A program made the translations under genes and the position numbers. Below, piece after piece: positions 39,990-51,620 of a stretch of DNA of 64,000 bases. Every line of letters starts with the position of its first letter. The first letter of the stretch is position 1. Location: positions 83,888,001-83,952,000 of the forward strand of contig CM052816.1 of assembly GCA_028534125.1 (NCBI GenBank), written 5' to 3'. Below the pieces are notes generated by a model. That model saw only the letters and a list, made by a program, of their open reading frames with translations, was not told where the DNA came from and did no database searches. The DNA is from Lama glama. Lineage: Eukaryota.

Positions 39990-40240
39990 CTTAGCCTTAC
40001 CTCTTAAAATTTAGGGAAGTCCTGGGACTTCATTCTGTTCGTTTCTCTTTTCAACGTATGCATGCCCTATATGAACAATATAGTCCATTTCGTATTTTCA
40101 ATTTTCTCTGTTTTGATGATTCTCAAATGTTTGCCACCTTCCTAGTTTTCCTCTTGTGCTCCAGACTCCAAAGTTCCATTTACTGACTGGACACCTGTCC
40201 TTGGGCATCCCAGGGTTATTTTAAACTCAACACAGCTCTA
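39990..40240 (+). mobile_element. LINE-2 ORF2 fragment
   Basis: 'tgatgattctcaaatg...ctccagactcca...actggacacctgtccttgggcatccca...taaactcaaca'. Confidence 0.7.
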
Positions 40241-40984
40241 GCATTCTGCACAATCTTTGGTTTGCTCACAAATAATCCATCTCTAAGCCTGCGTCATTAT
40301 TTGACAGCCACTAACTTGTTATACTTTACAGAATTCTCATAGTGCACCCCCCCTGCTTTTCAGTAAGATTATGATTGCTGACTGTGAGACAACATGTAAA
40401 AGACAGGTCCACCTTGGTTCCTCAGAGACACACTGGCTACCAGTCTTAACAGTTTTGTTTTTGCTTGGTTTTGATTTTGTTTTGTTTTCTGAATTGGTCT
40501 GAGAAACTCTACCAGTTCAGAGGATCCTGATAATCTGGTGAAGCTTTCTTTTCCCCTTTCCCAACTATGTTCTGTCTACATTGTCCTTCTAACCTCTAGC
40601 CAAAAGGAGTTTATTCTTTTCTACCGGACCTTAACACACCAGAGGCAGCTATCTTGATTTAAAGCAGCAATGTGAGGGTTTGGTTTTGTCGGCTATTAAG
40701 AACTGGTTGCACTGATACCCAGCTCCTCAGTCATCGACCTCTCTACCTGTTCCTCTTCAGGACCCCAAATTTCAGAGTGGATATTCTGAGTAGAGAGTAT
40801 GGAAATAAAGGATTCTCCTCTGTGTCAACAAGCAGGCTGGTGTTTCTGCATCCTTTCCTCTTACCTCCTTAATCTAGGCCCATATTTCTTAACCTGGAAC
40901 GTACATTAGAATTATCTGTTGGGCTTTTCATTACTAATGTGCAGAGAGATGAGAATTGCCATCGAACACTGTTTTCCTTCACCA

Positions 40985-41328
40985 GGACAGCTGTTCCTTA
41001 GAAATCTATGTGGCCTCTTCTCTTAGACACTTTTGAAAATTGCTCAAAAATTGCTTTCTCACTGAGATATCACCATGCAAAATCTTATATTTCCCAGCAC
41101 CTTCTGGGCAACCTCTCTGTCCCCTGTTCCTCTCTAAATCACTTCCCATAGCACTTGTTACCACTTGACAATTGTTTGTTTCTGCACACTCTCCTCTTCA
41201 ACCCATTTTATGTAAGACCCATGAGGAGAGAGATTTGGATGGTTTTTGTTTATTGTCTATTACCAGTGTTTAAAGTAGTGCTTGCCATACAGATACACTC
41301 CCTAAACATTATTGTAAAAAAGTGAATG
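40985..41328 (+). mobile_element. LINE-2 3' end
   Basis: 'catagcacttgttaccac...atgtaagacccatgaggagagaga...gtgcttgccatacagatacactccctaaacattattg...tgaatg'. Confidence 0.75.
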
Positions 41329-43199
41329 GTCGTATGTGTGCCTCAGGGTAAACACAGCTGGTAGTCTCTAGGGCTTGGCTGAGCCTCGGTGGAACTCTCA
41401 GGATGCTAGACTCTTGGCTCATGGCACTGGGTCCCTTTGGCTTCTGTCACTTTCCTTAGCCTGGGTCTTCTTTTACTAGTTGAAAGAGGGGGATTTCTTT
41501 CCATTCCACTTCTTAAATCACATTATCTATACCCAAGAATGTTCTTTCTCCTTCTAGCTTTTCTTAAGGACTCGAATATTTGGCACTTCATAGCCAGAAG
41601 GTTTTTGTTGACTTTATTTGTTTTTCACTCTGTTTATATTTCCAAAAATATACCAACCAAGTCAAAGCTATTTTACTGAAAGGAAGGAAAGGACAGAGAA
41701 AGACATACCTATAAAGACATATACATACTATTTCAAAATATCATCCAGCCACACATTTGTGTAATAATGAGTTCACACAGATCATTTAAAATTGATCAAA
41801 AATATTAAAATATGTTCAAATAATAGACTGTGTTACCTGAATCCTAACTGTGACTCATATAGGTTATTAACATGTGAATTTCAAATTGTAATTTGTAGTC
41901 TAGATGTAATTCGTATACATTTTTAGTACTACTTGGAAATGTCCCTCATAAAACAGAAGACAACGTATCAGCAGAAAACGGTTGCTTCACACAATTTGAT
42001 AAGCTAATGTATGCGGAGAGGACCTTGTCTTTTAGTATACATGTGGTTAAGGATCACAGAATTCTATTAAATTTGGTCCAACAATAAACTATTCCCTTAC
42101 TGTCTGGCAGGAAGTCCACGATACAGGTAGAAAGTAACGTGGGCTACTGCAAGAGCGTGCCTTTCGGACAATAAAGAGTTGGAGAGCTAGAAGAATTGCA
42201 CTCTCCGTGTGTCTACATGGAACTGCCTTTCCACAAATGTATAAAAGTAATTATGTTCTAGTATCTGGACATATACAAACTTAGACCTTGCCTATGGATT
42301 CATAGGTTTATGACATTTGGGGATTTTGTTTAGAAATTGGCAGAATGAGGGGCAAAGGGGAAGGTATAATAATGAGTCATTATTAATTTCATGAGCTGTT
42401 GGGTATCCACTTCGGATATTCATTTTGTATGTTCTGCCAAGCTTTTCATGAGCTTGTCTATCATCCATTTATTCAACCATTTAATGAGTTTATAAAGTCA
42501 TGTCAATTCAGGTACAATGAACTTTTTTTTTAGATGTTTATATAAATTATGCTAAGATTTTCATGCCTTGACAACTAGTAGAAAGAAAGCCTCTTGTAAA
42601 AATTAGGACATTTAACAACAGTTTCAGTAAGGCAGACTGAAAAAATTATTGCCAGCTCATCCTTAGGTTTATAATTTGCTTTCTGACAGCGAGAGAAATG
42701 ATATAAAACCATGAACATAAAAGCACATCATCTAAATATTGTATTTATTAGCTTGAATAAATAATAGTTAAAATAATATGTAAAATAATAAAGACCTAAA
42801 TATGTAACACATACATTCAAGGGGAAATTTTTCAATCATTAAGAGACAGAGGATATGATACTTACTCCATTTAAATTTGTTTTAATAATGTTATATAAAT
42901 TTAACCTAGAAAGCCACATTTATGATGTCGAAGATAAAACTTGTCTAGTCAGATTCTGGAAAGAAGTTTAATAAAGGGATGAGGAAAGGTATTGGAAGCA
43001 AACATCATGAGCACAACTATTTCAAATTCAAATTTCAAACTTACCACATTAATTGTGAGATGATCTGTGGACTACTAAAAATGGTTCTAAATGACAGTAT
43101 GCACAAGAAATTCCAAGAAAAGTTTTATAAAGGCAAGTTTTCATATTTCACCCCCAGAGATGTTATTGCTGCAGTAAGCCCAGGAATCTGCACCATTTA

Positions 43200-43700
43200 G
43201 AATGAATAAAGATGTTTGGTAAATACTTGATATATGTACATTTACCTAGCAAGGTAGAAAGAAACAGTAAAACAACAAGATAACAAACCATATTTAAATG
43301 CTAAGACACAGAAGTGACCACAAAAATAAGGGAAAACATTCAGATCTACATACACACATGCACACACACAAATATTTATGTAAATATATGTATATATATA
43401 TATATATAAAATCAGTCTGCATAGTTATAGATGGATGCATGTAGATTAATACACTTGTAAATAATATAGAGAGCAATAATCCTACGGATACTCCTCTATT
43501 TAAATATTAAGTTTAATAATACTACTTTTTGGATAGAAGTGAAATAAGACAAAGTTAAAGGGAATTTTGAACTTCAGCTATATAAATATTTACACACACA
43601 TATATATGCGTGCATTGAGATATACATACATGTACAAATATCACGTATATATCTATGTGTCTATGTCAAATGCTAATAAAGAATTACTGAAGTTTTAGAG
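43200..43700 (+). mobile_element. Old L1M 3' remnant containing (CA)/(TA) microsatellites
   Basis: CA/TA runs at ~43350-43407 and ~43590-43660; 'aagggaattttgaacttcagctata' is L1MC/MD-like. Confidence 0.4.
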
Positions 43701-43920
43701 TCATTGTGGTTGGAATCTGCCTTTTAAACTAGCACGTCCTATAATTGTGATATAAGTAATTCTTGCACTATGCATTAAAAATGATTCTAGAAACTATGTA
43801 GCCCATCTGAAAGCAGAGAGCCCATGTTAACATCCTGATGAGACAACCCCACACCCCAAGTCAATAAAATGAAAGTTCATATCACAGCTCAATTTTATTT
43901 CTAAATTCCAATAAAATTAG

Positions 43921-44207
43921 GTGAAAACAAATTTCCAGTGATAAGACAAATTAGTTCTGGGAATCTAACGTACAGCATGGAGATTACAGTTTATAATACT
44001 TGACTATATACTTGAAAATTGCTAAGATAGTAGATCTCAAATGTCCTCACCACAAAAAAGAAATGGTAATTGTGATGTGATGGAGGTTTAGCTCATGCTG
44101 TGGTGGTAAACATTTTGCAATAAATAGATAAGTTTATCAAATCAACAATTGTACGACTTACAATTACATAATGTTATATGTCAATTATATCTCAATAAAG
44201 CTAGTAA
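43921..44207 (+). mobile_element. L1MA9-like 5'-truncated 3' end with degenerate TSD
   Basis: 'ttccagtgataagac...gtacagcatgg...ttgctaagatagtagatctcaaatgtcctcaccacaaaaaagaaatggtaa...aatgttatatgtcaattatatctcaataaagct'; flanks aaattccaataaaatta (43903-43919) and aagttccagtaaactta (44208-44224) match at 14/17. Confidence 0.9.
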
Positions 44208-44319
44208 AAGTTCCAGTAAACTTATATATTAAGTCAGTAAAACAAAACATATTTCCATTACTTTGGATATTAATTCAGACTAAATATTTGCTGTATTTTA
44301 TGTAGCATAAATGTTTGTT

Positions 44320-46020
44320 ATTCACACTGTCCACATCCTGCACCACAGTGATATATTTGTTATAAATAATTAAGGTACACTGACACATCATTATCACCCC
44401 AAATCCATAGTTTACACTGAGATTCACTCCTGGTGTTGTATATTTGATGAGTTTGAAAAAATGTATAATAACTTGTATCCACCATGGGAATATCGTATAG
44501 AGTGATGTCACTGCCCTAAAAATCCTCTGTGATCTCGCAATTCATCCCTCTCTCCCCTCTAACCCTTGACAACCATTGGTCTTTTTGCTACCTACACAGT
44601 TTTGCCTCCTCCAGAATGTCGTATGGTTGGATTCAGAGTATGTAGCCTTTCCAAATGGAATTCTTTCACTTAGTAATATGTATTGAAGTTTCCTGCATGT
44701 AGTTTCATAACTCATAACTCATTTCTTTCTCCTAAATATATTGCATTGAAAGGATGTACTACTGTTTATGTATTCACCTACTAAAGGGCATCTTTGTTGC
44801 TTCCAAATTTTGGCAATTATAAATAAGGCTATGTATATGTATGTATATTTGTTTGTGCATATATTCATATGTAAGTATCTATATTCATATATATAAATAA
44901 TTAGGACTACTGCTATGAACATCTGTGTGAAGGCTTTTGTGTGGACATAGTTTTCAGTTTCTTTGAGTTAGTAACACGGAGTCCAGTTGCTGGATGGTAT
45001 GGTAAGAAAATGTTTAGTTTTGTAAGAAAATTTCAAGCTACTGTCTTGCAAAGTGACTGTACCATTTTGTATTTGTGCTCACGATAAATGAGGGTTCCTG
45101 TTGCTTCACACATTTTCCAGTCTTTAGTGATATCATGGTACGGATGTCAGCCATTCCAGTAGGCACGTAGCTCTATCTCCTTGTTTTAATTTGCATTTCC
45201 CTAAGGCCAAATGAAGCGAAACAACTTTCATCTGCTTATTTTCTGTCTGTAAACCTTCTTTGGTGAGGTTTCTGTTCAGGTCTTTGGCTCATTTTTAAAT
45301 CAGGTTTTTTGTTTTCTTATTATTGAGTTTTAGGAGTCTTTGTAAATTTGGGATAAAAGTCCTTTATCAGATAGGTCATTTGCAAATATTTCTCACATTC
45401 TGTGGCTTGTCAGCTCATTCTCTTGACAGTGGCATTCACAAAGCAGAAGTTTTCATTTTAATAAAGTGCAGCTGATCAATTATTTCTTTCAAGGATCACA
45501 TCTTTGATATTTTATCTAAAAAGTCATTTCCAACTTAAGGTCACTTAGAATTTCTTTTATATTATCTTCTAGGAGTTTCATAGTTTTATATTGTCCAGGT
45601 AGGATTACGATCCATTTTGAGCTAATCTGTGTGAAGTGTGTAAGGTCTGTGTCTGGAGTCACTTTTTTTTTTTAACATGCGAATGTCCGCTCGTTCCAGT
45701 ACCATTTGTTGAAGACTATTTTGCCCTATTGGATGCCTTTCCTCTTTGTCAAAGATCAATTGATTATATTAATGTAGGTCTATTTCTGAGCTCTCTGTTC
45801 TATTTCATAGGTCTATTTTTGTGTTCTTTCACCAATACCATACTTTTTCATCACTGTAGCTTTATGGTAAGTCTTGAAGCCAGATAGTATCAGCCCTCTG
45901 TCTTTAACCATGTTCTGCAATATTGAGTTGGCTATTCTTTTACCTCTTCATATTGAGAATCAATTAATATATACAAAATAAACTGCTAGGATTTTAATTG
46001 AGATTGTATTGAATCTACAT
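44320..46020 (-). mobile_element. L1MC1/2-like 3' UTR plus ORF2 3' part
   Basis: 'acactgacacatcattatcaccccaaatccatagtttacac...gtcactgccctaaaaatcctctgtg' is diagnostic of L1MC1/2, continuing into antisense ORF2 up to 'gattgtattgaatcta'. Confidence 0.9.
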
Positions 46021-47891
46021 ATTGTCACATCTACTATTTTAAGTAGATTTGCTAAGATTTATTCTTTTATATTTATTTAATATTGCTATTATTTTCAAAA
46101 ACAATAAATTTTCCTTGGGACTATTTTGCATATATGCATAGAAAAGAAAATTAAAATAACCATAATTTTTGGCCATACTATAACCAATGTTGACTTTTAA
46201 AATATGTACACAAACATATTTATTATTCTTTTTGTGATCATATCATTTATACTCTATATTTGAGTACAAATACAATAACATGAGAATTTTATCATATTTT
46301 TATGCTATTTTCCTCTAAATTACGGTATTGAATATAACTGAAAAACTCTACATAACTTTCTTTTATCTAATTAATCCTGCTTATCACTGCTAACCATCAT
46401 TAGATTTATATAAGAATTTTTTTATTGTAATCAAAATAATTTTGCTATGATTCTTAAGATTTTACTTGATTAATGCTTTCATTATGTCCAAAATATATCA
46501 TCTATTGGTGCATATTTTTCTGATTTTTCCTAGTTTTTATTAAAATATAGTACATAATTGTGTTTTATTTCTTGTCAACATATTTTCATGTTGCCATGGT
46601 TATGTTACTAATTGTAGTCATAATTCTGCTTTAATGTGAATTCAAATATTTTCCTTTTTTAATGAAATGACTTTCTGGAATTAAAAGAAAAGCCATTCTA
46701 ACCTTTAGAAGGGAATTTATATTTTGGAAATTTGTTTTCATTTAGTTTAATATAGTTCTGTAATTTGTCAAAGGCTTTCTTTGACCATATCTTGTCTGTT
46801 TTCATTGTTTGTTGTAACCTTTATTCATTTCGTATGAGAAAAAAAAATTAACATGTTCTTTTAAGAAGGCACTCGACTTTGTAAATCTAATTTCTGTGGA
46901 ACAAATCAGGCTGTTTTCAGGACAATCAGCACAACATGTAATCACAGTTAACTGATTTTTGAAAATGAAGAAAGATGTATTTTATTTGTACATCTATTTT
47001 CTATTGATATTATATTAGGGAGCAAAATTTTACCATAAAGACTAATAAGCAAAATAAATTATGTAACTATGCTAAGCAAAATTATAAAGTGCCTCAAAGC
47101 ACATTTTATCTTTGAAAAAGATTAAAGGAATTTTTACATTCCTCAAAGCAATTAATATTAATGTGTTTAATTCATACATAAGCATGCTTAATCACATTAT
47201 CTGCTAGTAGATTTTTCATCATTATGTAGTCTCACAATGTGTTGTTTTTATAAATAAAAATAAGGAAATGTTATTTTACTTATTCTGAGTGGGAGATAGT
47301 AGAGCTGTTAAGTCCAAACCACCCTGGTCAAATTTGGATTTATTTAAATATGCTAAATGCAAACACCAGAAGGCAATGTCTAGCCTCGGCCATAACATTG
47401 CATTATTTCACATAATTTTCCTTTGCTTCTTTTTTTTTAAATAAAAAGCCATCAAACATCTTTACTTCTCCTACACTGTTACATCCTCATCCCACAGTTC
47501 CATTAATCTGGAAAGTGCTGAAAAGAGACAATGGAAATATTTTACTTAGCCCGGCTAAATTTTTGTCTTAAATTGAATGTTAGGCCCAAAATTTAAAAGA
47601 TTTATGTAACATATGGCAAATTATAGTGTAAATTTTCTTTCTTCATCTCCACCAATAGCTAGTGAAAAAATGAAAAAGAAAAACAAATACAGCATGCTTC
47701 TTCACTTTCCTCAAGATTACTGAAATTAGAACAATATAAAAAGGCAAAGAAAATGAAGCAAAAAGAATTGTATTTAACCATAGTGTACATGATTGTTTCC
47801 TTCTGACCATAGCTAAATTACTATCATTTGAGAAAGAGAGTCCAAATAATGGTGAAAATAGCCTTATATTATTAATTATATTATGAGCAAC

Positions 47892-47930
47892 CATCTGTGC
47901 CTTAATGAACTGGCTTGATGTATCTCCCAA
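47892..47930 (+). repeat. Left arm of long-range inverted repeat (partner 50369-50407)
   Basis: CATCTGTGCcTTAATGAACTGGCTTGATGTATCTcCCAA equals the reverse complement of 50369-50407 at 37/39 positions. Confidence 0.95.
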
Positions 47931-47991
47931 TACATCTTTCAATTTCTGGATGTCATTCAGAGCTACAATTGGTCAACATATAAACTTGATT

Positions 47992-48132
47992 TGTTTTATT
48001 TTTTAAAAATATTTGGTGGGGGAAGTAATTGGGTTTCACTTATTTATTGTTTTGATGGTGGTACTGGAGATTGAACCCAGGACTTTGTGCATGCTAAATA
48101 TGTCACTCTACCACTGAGCCATACCCTCCCCT
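47992..48132 (-). mobile_element. tRNA-derived SINE, camelid Vic-1-like
   Basis: 'ggggggaagtaattgggttt...ggtactggagattgaacccaggactttgtgcatgcta...ctctaccactgagccataccctcccc' is the reverse complement of the same family as 28553; aaacttgat repeats at 47982-47990 and 48157-48165. Confidence 0.85.
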
Positions 48133-48524
48133 CCATGTTTTATTATTTATTTTTTCAAACTTGATATTTTTAAAGTCAAATATTTTTATTTTGGCTCCCA
48201 TTATGCTCAACTGGAATGATTAGAAAGATGTAATAAAAGTCCAGAGTAGATAATAAGGTCAAAGGAATCTTCTTTATGAAAAATAGCATACTATAGACAA
48301 TTCATCCTGAAAATCTTTCTTATTGTATGGAGCTCTCATATGACCAACCAAAAATTCCATATCACCATCCTCCCCAAGTGTGTTTCAGTTAGGTTTCCTT
48401 AGATCAGTGCAGTTTTGTGAGCATATTTTACAGTCTCCTCAATTTTCTATAATATGTATATTTTTAATCAGAAAAAAAACAATAAATTTCTCACATTTGT
48501 TGTACAGATATATGAGACAGCCAT

Positions 48525-48900
48525 TTGTTCATTCATTTATTCATTCAACAAATAGAGGCTAAAAACTATAACACAACATGGTAAACCAACTGTATTTCAA
48601 TAAAAAACAAACTGGTTGTGTGCTAGTCACTCTGCTTTAACCTGGTGACACAATAGAAATCATGATAGCATCTTTCTTTCCCTGCCTCCACAGGATTCAT
48701 AGTCTGGTGGGGAAGGGAAATAATAAGAAAATATTTAATCATATAAATCAATCCAATTGTATTAAATGTCACTAAACAGAATAGCAGATAAAGGATAAAG
48801 TGGCATATCTGAGGAATCAAGAAACGCATTCATGACAAATTGACACTGAGAGTGACCCACAAGATCAAATAAAATGTGCTATAAGAAAGAGAAAAGAGAA
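48525..48900 (-). mobile_element. LINE-2 3' fragment (interrupted)
   Basis: 'ttcattcatttattcattcaacaaata...tgtgtgctagtcactctgct...ccctgcctccacaggattcatagtctggtgggga'. Confidence 0.7.
48570..48611 (+). mobile_element. Extremely 5'-truncated (~40 bp) L1 3' tail
   Basis: 'aacacaacatggtaaaccaactgtatttcaataaaaaacaaa' resembles the L1 terminus at ~10297-10340. Confidence 0.6.
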
Positions 48901-49459
48901 TGAACCATGAAAAAAATAGCTACAAATTTATATAAAAACACATGCTGGTTTTATAATCATTTTAAAAAATCATTTCTGGATAATAGCATTTTTCAGCTTC
49001 TATTCCAATCAGACCATATAAAAAAAGTGATGGAGTTATATTATTTTTTCCCAGAAGTGCCATTCAGAGCCACTTCCTATTACTCAGACTCCCTTAAAAA
49101 CGTGATAACGGCAAATTGATCTGCAGTTCATGGAGGCAGCCCCACAAAAGATGCATAATTCCTGATTGAGAAGTTTCTAAACAGTGCAAATTAATATAAT
49201 ATGGATCATCTAAGATTAAATCAAGGAAGTCAACGGATGAAGCAAAAGTCTGTCATATGCCTTGGAGGAAAACCAAACTGTGTGAATAACTCCTTCACCT
49301 AGTCAACTATTTATCCATCTTCCTAACATAACAAGAAATAATAATGGCAAAAATAAAAAGGTTATTAGAGTATAACAATTCAGCTCAAGCTTTTACTGTA
49401 TACACAGAGAGTGTATTCAGGTATTTTTCTATTCCATAAGATTACATCACTGAATAGTC

Positions 49460-49688
49460 AGTCTGGTTCATGGGTTAAGAGCATGGATTTTTCTAATCAG
49501 ACATATTTCTCATCTTTGCTCCATCACATAAGAGCAGTGTGACCCTGAGCAAGTTACTTTAATCAAAATGATCTTTGTCAGTAAATTGAGAAAAATATTA
49601 GGTCTTACAGCTGAAATAAGGCTTGGAAGAACTAAATGTAAGTCAATTAGCCTGATGCCTGGCACCAAAATGTTCAATATATGCTAAA
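49460..49688 (+). mobile_element. MIR SINE
   Basis: 'ggttaagagcatgga...gtgtgaccctgagcaagttactt...tgcctggcac...tcaata'. Confidence 0.8.
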
Positions 49689-49739
49689 TGGAAAAATGCA
49701 TTTTGTGTAAGTAAATATCACCTAAACTACTACATACAA

Positions 49740-50160
49740 TTTAGCTGATGCATTTTAACATAGCTTAATTTATCATTCCTTTGTTGTTAGATATTTCAGA
49801 TATTTGCTTTCATGAAAGATTTTTTGAAAATATTTAATAATTGCCTCTGTGATCCTCAAGCAGTAATGCTTTTTTTGGCTGTATTTATGGGTATTTACTA
49901 AGAGTAGCTTATGAACTTTAGTATCTGGCATTCCTAATTTTCTTATACACATGAAAATTTATCAACAAACATGATTGCAGCTCACCCTACCATGAACAAT
50001 GACAAGTAATATTCATTTCACCATTCCTTTCACTGCCCTGAAACATTCATGTTCTTTCTGTGTCATTTAAGTTTTCTAGTTTGATGGATGAGAACGGTAC
50101 CTCCATTATTATAATTAAAAAATATTTGAACAGTAATAAAGTTGAACATTTTCCCAAATT
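49740..50160 (-). mobile_element. Old L1ME-like fragment
   Basis: 'ttaatttatcattcctttgttgttagatattt', 'attcatttcaccattcctttc', 'aataaagttgaacattttccca'. Confidence 0.5.
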
Positions 50161-50368
50161 AGTACCTGCAAAAAATATTTTAAAAATAGCATGTTGTTAT
50201 CATGATCTATATAGATGGAGTTCAAAAGATACAATTCTTGTGTTGTATTACTTGATTGCCACCTTTAAAAATTAATTACTTTTTGTTTATACTTCTTCTT
50301 CTTAGATTACAATAAATCGTGTCATTCATGCAAGTTCCTACACAGACTTAATTGCTTCTTTGAAAGGT

Positions 50369-50407
50369 TTGGTAGATACATCAAGCCAGTTCATTAATGC
50401 ACAGATG
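50369..50407 (-). repeat. Right arm of long-range inverted repeat (partner 47892-47930)
   Basis: ttggtagatacatcaagccagttcattaatgcacagatg; 50374-50397 is perfectly complementary to 47902-47925 (24 bp). Confidence 0.95.
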
Positions 50408-51224
50408 ATTCCTTCACATTAGGAAAGACACATTGGAGCACCACAAATGTCAAGTCAGTTATTATGCACAAAAAGCAGAAAATGGCAACCTCAAAAGGTG
50501 AGCCCTTATTCAGTCGGGACCAAAAATAAAACTGCAGTGATTCTTTAGTGCAATAATGGAAAAATATTAGATTATTTTAAGGTCAAGCAAGGAGAGGCTT
50601 TCATTTGTCAACTATGTCCCTTTGCAGAGAGATTTTTTTTTCTGTCTCATGATTCTGTTCACAAATCAGTCTGAAAGGAATAGTGGACTTTACTACTGTA
50701 ATTCACTTATTTGGATTTCTTTGCCCAAATAGTTACTGAGTCAGTATTATTTTCAAGCACATGTAGATGTGTGTCCTTCTGTTAGTTATTTAGAGTTTAG
50801 GAGGAAGGATTAAAGTGAAAATATTATTATATATTTTAAAAATAGACAAAATACCATAATAATAGTAATAAGAAGAAGAAGAAAGGAATAGATTTTGGGA
50901 AATTCAGAATTCCTACTAGCTCTGAATTACATCTGTGTGGGGTCAATATAGTCATAATATTTCGTATAACATTAGAAAAATCTCTAAAAAGGTATTTAAA
51001 TAACTAATTTAAGCATTGATATAGTATACATTTATCTATTTCATCTGCCTTAAACAGGAAAAATGGAGTAAAATTCCATGTTACTGGTTCATTAAGACAT
51101 ATCTCCTCTTAATTTTGAAAAAAGGTAGATAATTTTCATAACATCATTCCAAAGTTATTATTTTTTCTATATAATAACATTTATTTTTGAGCAAGTATGA
51201 TAGGAAGAAAAAAACTAATAAAAA

Positions 51225-51620
51225 CATCTATATTACCTGTATACCAGGGATACACAGGAAACACAAATAGAAAAAAGTCCTAATTTCATCAGATTTGTAT
51301 ATTAGTAAGGGCAGACAGTGAGCAACATAAATGTGTAAACAATGTGTAAACCAGAAAGAGATTCCTTCTATAGAGAAAAGATAGAAGAAGGGCAAGGAGG
51401 AGTTAGATATTTGAGGTAAATACTGTTTACGTCAAGTGGTGTGGGACGTCCTCCTCAAGATGGTGGTCTTTGAACAGAGCCATGAAATGTTTGGTGGAAA
51501 ATTATTCCAGATCAAAGGATGAGCACATACAAAGACACTGTGGTTTTATAACTCTTATATTTTTTTCTATGAAAAATGAGACAAATTTTACTGGGGTGAA
51601 ATGAATGATTGTCAGAAAAT
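51225..51620 (-). mobile_element. LINE-2 fragment
   Basis: 'agtcctaatttcatcagatttgtatattagtaagggcagaca', 'tttgaacagagcc', 'attccagatcaaaggatgagcacatacaaagac'. Confidence 0.6.
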
